From: Octopus vulgaris
Lineage: Eukaryota
Direction: 5' to 3'
DNA: 64,000 bases
Assembly: GCA_951406725.2 (NCBI GenBank)
Contig: OX597822.1
Coordinates: 100,626,001-100,690,000 of the forward strand
Positions 39,553 through 51,071 of this stretch are shown here, piece by piece; the stretch's first letter is position 1; the number at the start of each line of letters is the position of its first letter. Made by a program: the position numbers and the translations under genes. Under the pieces are notes generated by a model. That model did not search any database. It worked only from the letters and a program-made list of their open reading frames with translations, and was not told the origin of the DNA.

Positions 39553-40042
39553 CATTTGTTCAAAATTTATACAGATACTCATGACTGAAACAGAAAGTGA
39601 GGAAAAAACAGAAAAAAAAACCATCCAGCCAGATTTAAAGAAGTTTTACTTTGTTACGTCCCTCTGTGAAGTTTATGAATCATATAAACAATTTCAAGAA
39701 TATACGGAAATGAAAACATTGCACGAATCAGAAATAGTATCCTGTTCTGATGTTGCAGTTGTTAGGATAGTCATCGTCATCATCGTTCAACATCTGCTTT
39801 CTATGCTGTCATGGGTTGGACGTTTTGACTGATGCTTTAGGCAAGTGTCCTCTATCATAGTCCTAGACCAACTAAAGCTTTGTGAATGGATTTTGTAACT
39901 AGAAACTGAATGGAACCTGTCATATATCTCTGGTGATGAGGATCTCTTTCTTTTTCTATCTCTCTCTCTCTCTCTTCACACACATGCGCGTGTGTGTGGT
40001 TATGTATGTACATGTGTGTTCATTTGTGCTGCTTCGAATATA

Positions 40043-40146
40043 CTTACTTATACTTGTGACGGCGTTCACCCAGGGCGGGTTGAGCCGGCTTCTTCTCTGG
40101 TCCTAACGGCATCATGAACCATAGCGGCCCACTCTCGACGGTCCTG
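40043..40146 (-). mobile_element. Short 5'-truncated RTE LINE 3' end, a different family from A
   Basis: Minus strand QDRREWAAMVHDAVRTREEAGSTRPG*, tail caagtataagtaag; TSD tgctt(c/t)gaatata at 40030-40042 and 40147-40159. Confidence 0.8.
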
Positions 40147-41258
40147 TGCTTTGAATATAGCAAAGTATGAGTGGTTTTGTTGTCATTTTTCATGCCACCA
40201 TTGTCTGCAGGCTTTGCACCTGCGAAAGTGTTCTGAAATAAGAAGACCTTTACCTTAAAACTAGGTATAGGTTAGTGACAGGAAGAGCATCTGGTTGTCT
40301 AAACTACGTTAGCATGGATAGAATGAACATGAAAAGGGGAAAACAAAGAATATATTTTATATTTTCCAAACAAAAAAAGAAAGAGAAAAAGAGATGAACT
40401 GAACACTATTAGTAAATGTTTGGGATTAATTCTTTAGAGTAAATAGAGGTATGTCCAGATGTATTTCCCCCCCCAGAGTAATGATTTGGTTTTTTTTTGC
40501 TGTTTTTTTTCCTTCTAAATATTTCTTGATAATGTTTTTTTCCTACCAGTTACAGATAAATACTGAAAATTTAACTTTTAAGGAACTTATTTCTAAGAAT
40601 ATCTTTTTTCTTCAGAATTTTTAGCTAAAGTTTACTTTAAATTCATATATGATATGAGAATTTTGGGCTGCCCCCCCCCCATCCAAGATCAATTTTTTGA
40701 TATTTTGTTTATGATGCCAGTGGCCATTAGGACAAACCACTTAATATTTGCTCTGCACCGAAATCATCTGATAACAGACAGCTGACTTTCCCATAAAGTC
40801 CTGCTAAGCAAACAAACAATTGCTCATAGAATGGGTTTCCTTTTTAGGTTGTGAAAACATTAAAGGGCATGAGCATCCGAGAGAGAAAATTTTAACATGC
40901 ATGAATAAACATTTGAGATGTTTACGTTATTAATGGAATTGAAATGAAAGTGTTTATTCTAAAAAATACAAAAATTTTTTTAAAGAAATGTTATATCATT
41001 ACCCCCATCCCCACCCCACCTTTTTATGCAGTAATAAATTTGCCTGAACTTGGTTACTGAATGTCTTAGCACCGATTTATTTCTAAGATTATTCATGTTC
41101 CCCTCAAATATTGCTTATATTTTATCAAATAAGGTTTAAACTTACGACTTGTAAGGACACTTGTTGAGCACCTAAAATTTCAGGGCTAGGTTGTCAAATT
41201 CAATTCACTATTAATAGGAATTAAATATCTAGTTAAACTGAAGTTTTGTTATATTTAA

Positions 41259-41479
41259 CCCTTTAGCATTTAAACCGGCCATATCCGGCCAAAAGTATTC
41301 TGCCTGTTTTATGTTCAAACTGGCCAGATCTGGTCTCTCACACCAATCCTACAATATCATCTTAAAAATTAACAGCTACCTCATCAAAATCTCATAGCTA
41401 CAAGATAATGCATGATTAGTTCAAAACAATGTGGATGAAAAAGCATTAATTTTGGCAGAATAATATGAACACTAAAGGG
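41259..41479 (-). mobile_element. piggyBac-like MITE family P1
   Basis: TTAA|CCCTTTAG...CTAAAGGG|TTAA. Confidence 0.88.
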
Positions 41480-42861
41480 TTAAACCCCTCCCGCTGCCCG
41501 CTTTTTATATATATATAAAAAAAGAAAGAAATGTTGCTGAATGTTATTCTTGTTCCAAAAATGGGCAGAAGATTCACCTTGACATTACCATATTTTTGTT
41601 AAAATATGCTGCCTTTTGTTATTATTTCAATTAAATTTTAAAATAATGAAGAATTTATTGAAATAATTATGTTATTATTGAGTTGGTGTTTGAGACTTAG
41701 ATTAACATGCAATTTCGATGGAAGATTTTCATTTAGATCACTTAAAACAAAAAGCTTGTATCCTAGAACCAAGTGTGGTCTTGGGCAGTTAATGTAGTAA
41801 GAAAAATTTCAAACCACTGGGCCTTCACAGATGTAATTTCTGAATGAGATACGCAAGCTCTTTTGTTACCATATTTCTTCTAAAATATACTGCCTTTAAT
41901 TTCAATTAAATTATTAAAATAACGAAGAATGTAGTAAAATAACTTTGTTTTTATTAAGCTGGTGTATGAGACTGAAATTAAAATGAAATTTTGATGTAAG
42001 GTTTTAATTTAAAACAAGAAATTTATATCATAAAAGCAGGGACATTATCACATGGGTTTGTATAAAAAAAGATGAAATAATTTAACCTCCACTCATACAT
42101 AACACTTTTTTTCTCTCTCCAGAATTACTATTGGGAACTAGTTTAATTAGTGCAATTAACAGAATGCAAGCAATTATTTATTGATTCCCTCCAAATTTAA
42201 CATTACAAGGGCAATAACATACGTTTGCCTGTTTAACCTAGGAAACTAACTGTCTGTGCATTATAAATGTACTGCTTTGTAGAATTGCAAAAACCAAACA
42301 TTTAATTTAACAATCATAATTTGGTTTACTGACTTCAGACATTTCTTAGCATTACTTAAAGACCAGATTGGAAAACATATCAGGAACAAGGAGGGGCTGG
42401 AATGGATAAATTGTAATTGAAGTCAATCTTAACTATTGTGTGTATTAATTAATACAGTACTTATTGCTTTGTATTAAATTTAGATTTACTCATCAACCCA
42501 TTTCTCTTGCAGTATGCTCATCTAATTTTACCCTATTTTACATGATTCTCTCTAACATTTTCTTTCTTTTAAGCTATTCAAAATGATATGCTCTTTTTTT
42601 AAGCCATGCACTGATGATAGAACTTAATTGTCCTTTGCTGTTCATGTAGTCTTTTGCAGACGATGTATTGTATAAAAATGATATTTTTGTTCTTCTAAGA
42701 AATGATTCTTTTTCTTTCCTTTTGTTTTTTCTTCCCAAGAATATGATTGATATTATCTTTACTATGTCTTTGAGATTAAGCAACAACCGAAGTTGTTGCT
42801 TTTTTTGTTTTTTACATTTGGCTTCTTTATCACACCAGAACCATTTTTTTTTTATTTACAG

Positions 42862-42978
42862 CCACCACGAATTGCAAGAAACCAGCCATCCTCTGGAACA
42901 GAATCTGATATAGTACCTCTACCCTCCAACCAAGCTTCTACATGTCTTTCCATTATCGTGTTCCCTATTCTTAATGAG
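42862..42978 (+). CDS. GckIII: GCKIII exon, start of C-terminal dimerisation (PDCD10/CCM3-binding) domain
   Basis: tttacag|CCA...GAG|gtaaga; PPRIARNQPSSGTESDIVPLPSNQASTCLSIIVFPILNE; STCLSIIVFPILNE aligns with STK24 SQCLSTIISPLFAE. Confidence 0.92.
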
Positions 42979-44502
42979 GTAAGATATATTCTTTCACAAA
43001 ATATTTCAGGGAAGTAAATTACACTAGTAAACAAGAAAGTGAGTTAGGCTTTTAAACAAAGATGTTGTTATAATGAAACCAAAAAGAAGAAAAAAATTCA
43101 ACATGGTATTGGTTATAGCAGAGAAACTTAGTTAAGATAACTTTTTTAATTTCTGTAGAATAATCCTTTCTACTATCGGCACAAGGCTTGGAATTTGTGG
43201 GGAGGGGGATAGTCAATAACACTGGCCCTCAGTACTTGACTGGTAATGTAATTTACCAACTGTGAAAGGATGTGAAAGTTGACCTTGGCAGAATTTGAAC
43301 TCAGAACATAAAGACGTACGAAATGCCGCTAAGCATTTTGCCCAACGTGCTAACGATTCTGCCAGCTCACCGCCTTATTTCTGTATTATAATAATAATGA
43401 TAGCTGATACAACTGTTGGTGAGAAAGTTAACATACGAAGTGTAGGATGATGGCACATATGAGGCTAGGTGGCATGCAAGGAGTAGAAGAATATTACAGT
43501 AACACACACAGTGATAGAGAAGAAGAAGAAGAAGAAGTAAATGACAGTAGTTACAGGAGATGTACAAATGAAAAATTTTTTATTTAAATTTATTTTAAGG
43601 TAACGAATCTTTTGAAAATTAGTATTCATATAGGCATATGTGTGGTAAGAAGCTTGCTTCTCAGTCACATGGTTTGGGGTTCAGTCCCACTGCGTGGCAC
43701 TTTGGGCAAGTGTCTTCTACTACAGCCTCAGGCCAACCAAAGCCCTGTGAGTGGATTTGGTGAACAGAAACTGAAAAAAACCCCATCGTGTGTCATTGTG
43801 TCTCTGTTTGTCCCCCACCACTGCTTTAGAACCAGTGTTGGTGTGTTTCTGTCTCTGTAACTTAGTGGTTGGCAAAAGAGGTCAATAGAATGAGTACCAG
43901 GCTTAGAAAACCAAAAAGTAATGGTCAATTCATTTGATTAAAATCCCTTCAAGGTGGTGCCACAGCATGGCCACATTCTAATAACTGAAACAAGTAAAAG
44001 ATAAAATATAAAGATATCATCATTTTGTATAAACACTATTAAATGAACATTATCGTATGTATGCCGTATTTCCCAATATTACCCATTATGATAAAAGTAT
44101 ATTTTCAAAGTTATGTCGCTTGCCCGTGTAACACTCTTGGTTATTCTGTGGTACCTTTCTATACTTCCTAATTGGACAAGTTTTATAGTGAATTGGAAGC
44201 TAAAAATACAAACAGTTTATTGCCCTTGAATATGAAGCCAATTAGTTTGTGTTGGTTAAATTTGGATTGTCTGTGGACAAATATTTCTCATGTCACTGTG
44301 AGGTTATAGTTTAACTAAAATATTGAATTTCTGTAATATAATTGGTGCTGTCTGATCTTTTCTTTAATATTCTTTAGATTAACCTTCTCCAGTCTTAAAG
44401 GTCAGATAATAGTTGTTACTAGTATTTGAGGACTTGGAAAGGTTAAAAGCTTGTCATAGTGTTTGTTAAACTAAGTCTTGATCTCCTGTTTGTATATTTC
44501 AG

Positions 44503-44696
44503 TTAAGAGAGCATTACAGAGTAGTGAGACCGCCTCAGAACATTGAAGCCATCGATGAGTTAAGGAATGCTTTTGACTTGGTGGAGAAATCCTGTCCCGG
44601 CATCACTGACAGATTTTTAACAGACGTTGTAAGAAACATAGGGGAACAGATGTTACGAGAAGCTGAAGTTCGTCAAGGGGTAGAGAAATTTAAACG
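44503..44696 (+). CDS. GckIII: GCKIII exon, C-terminal dimerisation domain
   Basis: atttcag|TTA...AAA CG|gtacgt; LREHYRVVRPPQNIEAIDELRNAFDLVEKSCPGITDRFLTDVVRNIGEQMLREAEVRQGVEKFK; AIxEL...ExxCPGIxD is the GCKIII C-terminal motif. Confidence 0.93.
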
Positions 44697-45009
44697 GTAC
44701 GTTGATTCATCTTTTTATATTATTTTTCCCTCTGCAAAATGAATGTTCAAAACCTGTTATATTCAGAGTTATTTTATTCCTACTTTGTTCCCATTATAGT
44801 AAAACTGATACTGCACCTAAACTAAGGAAAGATTTTGTGCATTCATTACAGTATATTTCTGAATAAATCACTTGGAATGGTCTAATGTTAAAACAGAATC
44901 CTACATAAATTTTCTATCACTAAGTTATCAGGAGAGAATCTACTAGTATATAATCCAACATTGTGATTTGCATTTTAAATTTACCGATTTCCTGCACCAG
45001 TTTCGCATA

Positions 45010-45378
45010 GCCCCATCCCATCCAAAAGTACCTTGGATGGCAGAACGACCTACTGTGCTTGAGGAGACCTATTGAGTCAAGTACATCAAAATAAATATAA
45101 AATGAAAATTGTAGTTGTGATACCTGTGCCGGTGGCACATAAAAAGTACCATCCGAACGTGGCTGATGCCAGCACCACCTCAACTGGCTTCTGTGCCGGT
45201 GGCACGTAACAAAGCACCCACTACACTTATGGAATGGTTGGTGTTAGGAAGGGCATCCAGCTGTAGAAACACTGCCAGATCAGACTGGAGCCTGGTGCAG
45301 CCTCCTGGCTTCCCAGACCCTGGTCGAACCGTCCAACCCATGCTAGTATGGAAAACGGACGTTAAACGATCATGATGA
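45010..45378 (+). mobile_element. Family A copy with a different 5' extension
   Basis: gcttgaggagacctattgagtcaagta block, two modules, core, tail. Confidence 0.8.
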
Positions 45379-45896
45379 TTGACTGAATATGAAGTCATTG
45401 CAAAGATACTCTACAATGGATGTTTTTCACAAAGTCGGTATATTTGAGACAAATGCTGTTCTTAGGCTACTAGTTTGAGCCCTCCACATTACCATACACC
45501 TGTTTCAATTTCAGAAGAGACACCAATTCATTTTGTGAAAATATAATTGTACAGTAAAGAAAAGAAACAAGAAATGTCATAATCCTAAATTTATACAATG
45601 AAAAGTGGTCCTCATTGACATGGCTAACTGAATTTATCTCCTTAATTGCAATTTTTGTGCTGTAAGGAAAAAAAAGTTATATAAATACAAGCATTTCATG
45701 TAGCTTTCTTTGAAAAAAGTTTAAATCATAAAACTTGGCTAAGCTATGTACAAAACAATTAAAATCAAAGGCATAAGACAGTGAAAAAGCATATTTGTTT
45801 AAACCTTTTATCATTTATTTCATTACTTGAGCAGTTTTCTGCTTTCCACTTCCTTTTTGATGGTAGAAATGGTATAGCAATGAGTTACATGCCATT

Positions 45897-46032
45897 TAGA
45901 ATAAAGATTGTTTGCCAACATACCACGGCAGTCCTGGTTTAGAACAAATATTGATGTCTCCTGGGGCTAAATTACAGCAACATTCATCCTAAACCAGGAC
46001 TGCCATGTTATGTTGGCAAACAGTCTTTTCTA
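45897..46032. repeat. Inverted repeat in the last intron
   Basis: aaagattgtttgccaacataccacggcagtcctggtttag / ctaaaccaggactgccatgttatgttggcaaacagtcttt. Confidence 0.85.
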
Positions 46033-46443
46033 CAAAGTACTGTTGCTGAATATCTCACAATGTGAGATTTAAAAATAGGAATTTTCATGCCATTTAGAGT
46101 AATGCCTCTATTTGTTTTGGCAGTATAACTTACCAAGTCAAATTTGTCTTACATTCTTCTAAAGCTCAATAGATTATGTTACACTCATTACCATCACATT
46201 CTTTTTTTCAGACTATGTATAACCTAAGAACTGTATTATCCAATGTATCCTTCATTTGTGTGAAGGATGTTTGGCTGTTATTTCTAGCAAGCCAAGACCA
46301 TGTAAAGTGCCCCTTTGTTGGCTCACTATTTAGAGAATCATCTAACCTAAACACTTCTGGTTGTTAATGATTTCTAGGCACATGGGATTTCATTGTGCAA
46401 CCATAATATGCTACAAAGTATATAAAACGTTTTTATAAGTCAA

Positions 46444-46923
46444 CTAGCTGTATCGCCCGGCGTTGCTCGGGTTTGTAAGGGAAATAACTATATAAGCATT
46501 TTTAGAGAGTTACTTCCCTTATAGATGCCAATTCGGGCTTTCTTAGCCATTTCTGTTTTGGTGTTTTCAAGCCATGAAGTCGTTGTTCTAAAAGAACGCT
46601 GGTCTCCTTGACAACGCTTTACGACGTTGATTTCCTTACACTCCCTTCCCCACAGCTTCACGAGGGAAGGAAGAAGCAAACAGGTGCAGGTGTGACCGTG
46701 GACGCCATCGACACACGAAAAATTATGCATTAAAATGATGTTAAATTATTTTTAAAATCGTAGACTCATCGTTGACGCACGCTAATACTCAGACGGGCTC
46801 GATATGAACTACGACTATAAGATACCCGAATTTGGTTAAACTGCACCGCAAAATGTGGGAGTAGTTAGGAAACTAAATCGAAGGGGACAGACACTCACAC
46901 AACTACAGTTTTATATATATAGA
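46444..46923 (-). mobile_element. Non-autonomous Helitron, related family
   Basis: ctagctgtatcgcccggcgttgctcggg terminus shared with 50699; different interior; ends ttatatatataga|t. Confidence 0.82.
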
Positions 46924-47062
46924 TACTGTGTACTATGTTCTGCTTTTCTGATTGTTTTTGTTCATTCTATTTAAATGAGAAAAGGTAAATTAACATAGCT
47001 TGAATGCTTAAATAACATGAGTACATTATTAATTTTGATTCTTTTTTTTTTTTCTGTTGCAG

Positions 47063-47072
47063 GCCATATTGA
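47063..47072 (+). CDS. GckIII: Terminal coding exon fragment ((R)PY-stop)
   Basis: Long T tract + ctgttgcag|G CCA TAT TGA; phase 2 matches the donor at 44696; followed by about 1 kb of repeat-free UTR-like sequence. Confidence 0.75.
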
Positions 47073-48035
47073 ACCTGACACAAAAGATCTCAAGTCTTAT
47101 CTTTTCCAAACACCAAATAGCCTCTACATCTCCTTTCAATTTGGGTTATGACTTTTTAAATTTCTAGCAGGTTAAATACTATGAAATGTTTCCACTTGTT
47201 TCTCCTCTGAAACAGAAACTAACACACTATCTTCTTATCTTTCCTTCAAAGCCGCAAAAAATGAACCCGCCCTACCCAGGAAAAAAAAAAAGAAGCATTT
47301 TTACCCCAAAAACACTTGGATTCGTCTTTTCATCAGTCAAATACCGGCTGTTGGTGGCAGGGGTCAAGCCAGTGTTTGAATAGGAACCCCTTTTAAGTTG
47401 GTTTTAGTTATTTAAGAGATTTTTTTTTAAAGAAATATACATACATGTGTATAAACCATGTTTGTATGTGATTTTTGTTTTTCTTTTTAATTTGAAGTGG
47501 AAAGAAGTCTATTTTTCGCTTCTAAATAAAATCAGCTTCAAGGAACAACATACAAAGGATCCCATGAGCATTAAAGTAGCAAAGGTAAAATTGTTACTTT
47601 TCTGATAACTAAAACAATGTAAAGCTGTTTGAAATTTATTGTCTTCAACGTGGGCTCACTTTCAAGCAGTGGTCAAGAAATGACCTTAACATTTTTTTTT
47701 TTTTCTCTCTCTTCCCCTTACTTTTTTGCTGTTTGAGGAGCAGAGTCCATAACTGATAGCCAGAAACAAAAAATACAATCTAATATTTTCATTGGTTTAA
47801 CTTGTATATTTCTGGAAAAAAAAAAACAACAAAAAAAAAATTAAACAAAATGGAAAAAAATTCTAACCAACCCACTATTTGGCTGCCATCTTGGACAAAC
47901 ATACCTGATGCTCTTTTGTGTCTACTATTCCATTATTTTATTTTCATGCTGTGTACATAAAGGTGTATCATATTCACTGGAAAGTATTCTACTGTAAATA
48001 GTATTAAAGTGTAGCGGTCAAGGAGAAATTTAAAC
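47073..48035 (+). other. Probable 3' UTR of the kinase gene
   Basis: Follows the stop codon; no recognisable transposon; AATAAA at 47525-47530 and ATTAAA at 48003-48008. The 3' end is approximate. Confidence 0.6.
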
Positions 48036-48080
48036 TATTTGTTGTGTTTTCTTTTATTGTGTTTGTGTTTTCTATGTATG
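48003..48080 (+). terminator. Putative polyadenylation signal with downstream GU/U-rich element
   Basis: ATTAAA at 48003-48008, upstream TGTA motifs, GT/T-rich tract gttgtgttttcttttattgtgtttgtgtttt from 48041. Confidence 0.55.
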
Positions 48081-48190
48081 ACAGGAATTGGCATATCTTT
48101 TGCCAAACCAATGAGTTTTGTTTTAGTTTTGCTTCCCAAGCGCAGTCATTGAATTTTAAATCCTTCTGGTACCCTATTTCTGTTGAAATA

Positions 48191-48519
48191 AAGGACTCAC
48201 TTCAGTCATGAATGACCATGCGATTGCACCTAGAAAGTTACCCTCCGAGGCACAAGTCCAGGCAAGGTTTGTTTTTGCAAGACCAGTTGTCCATGCATGC
48301 CAGCCTCCTCTCTCTCTCTCTCCATGCCACTGATGTTATCCAAGAGAGAAGCAAAGAGTTATACGGCTCAGCACCAGTGACATTGCAACTAATTTCTGGA
48401 GCAATGTGAAATAAACCGTTTTGCTTAAGAACACAACACACAGTCAGGTCTGGGAATCGAACTCGCTACCTCTTTGTGAGCCTGACACTCTAACTGCTGA
48501 GCCATGCACCTTCACATCG
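48191..48519 (-). mobile_element. tRNA-derived SINE family E (second copy 62610-62920 +)
   Basis: B-box gagttcgattcc, gtgttcttaagcaa CORE-like stretch, ...atggtcattcatgactgaag tail; TSD gttgaaata at 48182-48190 and 48520-48528. Confidence 0.75.
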
Positions 48520-48717
48520 GTTGAAATACACTGCCTTTATTTCAATAAATTTAGAACAGGGGTTGGTTAATCCCCGCCTGTGAGCGCAATTGTGCCCGTG
48601 AGCCCATTTTGTTTCACCCACAGGCTGATATACTCATTTTTTTTTTCCATTTCTTCTAGTTTCAGCTCACGAGCTGTGGCCATGCTGGGGCACCACCATT
48701 AAAAGGTAATGGTGGAC

Positions 48718-48777
48718 TGCCGTGACCAGGATTCGAACCTGGGTTACCATGGCCACAACATGGGGTCCTAAACACTA
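48718..48777 (-). pseudogene. 5'-truncated tRNA-His(GTG) retro-pseudogene
   Basis: Minus strand TAGTGTTTAGGACCCCATGTTGTGGCCATGGTAACCCAGGTTCGAATCCTGGTCACGGCA closely matches invertebrate tRNA-His as I recall it; anticodon stem CCATG/CATGG, anticodon at 48754-48756; the 5' acceptor strand is missing. Confidence 0.85.
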
Positions 48778-49432
48778 TGTATGTACAAAATATCGTAAAA
48801 TACTCGTATGCCTATTTGCAACATAGGTCGTGTTTCCACTATGACTTAAAACGGTCAGACTTGAACAGAAATCATCCAGTAATTTGCCATTTGAATGGAA
48901 ATTTTGTTATCACTATGAAACACGTTGCTAGGTTTGTATCACCCCCTTGAAAGTCAAGTACACTCTAGCTGAGAGAACTAAAAATATATTGCCTGTATCG
49001 TTGTAGAAGATACTGTGCCGAGAACCCCACTCCCTATTTTGTTTTTCACATTTTTACGAAAAAATCTCCAAAATCAACACTCACCCTCATTCTGTCAATC
49101 AGTAAGCAAAAAAATATTTTAAAATCTGCTAAAAATCAAAAACAAATTAGTAAAACTTCATCGAAACAGAAACTGTTAATTTGGTGCTTTGTGAATAGAA
49201 TTATAAAAAAAATTATTACTAAATTTTTTTTCTGAAAAAGCAGTGAAAAATAATTTTTGCTATCAGTCAGTGTCAAGAAAGGTCAACAGGAACTACTTTC
49301 ATGTCATCGGCTTATCAGTTATCGCCCTTCCTTACCCACTCGCTTATCAACATCTGTCTGGACAAGAGGGAGAGAGAAAAAAAAAGATGAAGGTTTTTTT
49401 TTTTATTGAAATAGACAAGTGCCTTTGTCTTA

Positions 49433-49799
49433 CTCTTTTACTTGTTTCAGTCATTTGACTGCGGCCATGCTGGAGCACCACCTTTAGTCGAGCAAATTGA
49501 CCCCGGGACTTGTTCTTTGTAAGCCTAGTACTTATTCTATCGGTCTCTTTTGCCGAATCGCTAAGCGACGGGGACGTAAACACACCAGCATCGGCTGTCA
49601 AGCAATACTAGGGGGACAAACACACATACATATATACGACAGGCTTCTTTCAGTTTCCGTCTATCAAATCCACTCACAAGGCATTGGTCGGCCCGGGGCT
49701 ATAGCAGAAGACACTTGCCCAAGATGCCACACAGTGTGACTGAACCCGGAACCATGTGGTTGGTTAGCAAGCTACTTACCACACAGCCACTCCTGCGCC
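49433..49799 (-). mobile_element. SINE family C inserted into the hAT fossil
   Basis: Reverse complement of the 39178-39552 element. Confidence 0.9.
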
Positions 49800-50032
49800 T
49801 TATTTACAACGAATGAACAAGTAGCCGTTCATAAAAAGTATAATATTGAGGGGCATTTTGCGAGTAAGCATAAGACCTATTAAAGCTTGCAAGTATCTGA
49901 ACGTTTAGCCAAGATAGCCTTCTTGAAAGAAAATCTGACCAAAAGACAAGCTTTTTTTTCAAAAAGTCGATTCTTGAAAGTGAATCAGTAACTCGAACTA
50001 ATTATGTGGTATGCAAAGATATTGCTAAAAAA

Positions 50033-50222
50033 GCGCAATGGCCCAGCGGTTAGGGCAGCGGACTCGCGGTCATAGGATCGCAGTTTCGATTCCCAGACCG
50101 GGCGTTGTGAGTGTTTATTGAGCGAAAACACCTAAAAGCTCCACGACGCTCCGGCATGGGTGGTGATCCCTGCTGTACTCTTTCAAAATGGCAGTGCCAC
50201 AGCTCGTGAGCTGAAACTAGAT
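50033..50222 (+). mobile_element. SINE family D 5' half fused to a short LINE-like tail
   Basis: Matches the reverse complement of 29695-29826, then switches to gccacagctcgtgagctgaaactaga. Confidence 0.8.
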
Positions 50223-50698
50223 AAAATTAAAATTTTTAAAAACCACGTAGTGATGGTGAATTCGTGAAAGAATGTATCCTTACTGCTGTTGAGAATATAT
50301 GCCCAGAAAAACTTTGTTTGGAAATATTAGCCTACAAGAAGAGCTGTTTCCAATCGCATTAAAGATATTGCTGATGACATTCAAAATTCTCCCAAGATCT
50401 GATTTAGCAAAATTTGTATTGTATTCATTAGCTATTGATGAGACAACTGATCTGTCTAATACTGCTCAGATGGTAATATTTATATGTGGAATAACTGCAA
50501 AACTCAACATTTGGGAAGGATTTCTTGCCTTGAAGTTAATGCATGGAACAAACTAGAAGTCAAGATTTATTCCAAATGGTTGACTCAGCCTTAAAGGATT
50601 TTAATTTACTGTATGATAAAATGAGTGGTCTTACTAAAGACAGCACACCATCTATGGTAGGTTGTGAAAAAGGGTTCGTAGCTCAGATTTAGAATAAA

Positions 50699-51071
50699 CT
50701 AGCAGTATCGCCCGGCGTTGCTCGAGTTTGTAAGGGAAATAACTATAAAGCATTTTTAGAGAGTTATAGCCAAAAAATGGGAAAAAAATGATGGTAAATT
50801 TTGTTTGTTAGTTAAAAAGGTCGAGTTGCGTCCCCTAGACAGTCTGTGGTTTGTGTTTCTGATTCTCGACCCCATGTCGAATTTATCGATTTTTCAGAAC
50901 TGGGGGAACTTTTCAAAATTTTCGCTGCGTTAGTTTTGAATTATGACATTGGGCTATGTGTGTGTCAAGTTTCATCAGAATCGGTTGAAAGCCGTGGTCA
51001 GGGTGAGGGTACACCCTAACAGACACACGGAAACACACACAGAGACAAACTGCCGTTTATATATAGAGAGA
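50699..51071 (-). mobile_element. Non-autonomous Helitron, same family as 59639
   Basis: Reverse-complement match to 59639-60023; CTAG and GA termini, A/T insertion site; splits the hAT transposase. Confidence 0.87.

Noticed and set aside
42123-42146. Strong-looking acceptor ttttttctctctccag
   Set aside because: In-frame stop after seven codons and no convincing donor.
50299-50556. Intact or domesticated GTF2IRD2-like gene
   Set aside because: Multiple stops, frameshifts and insertions; treated as a transposon fossil.
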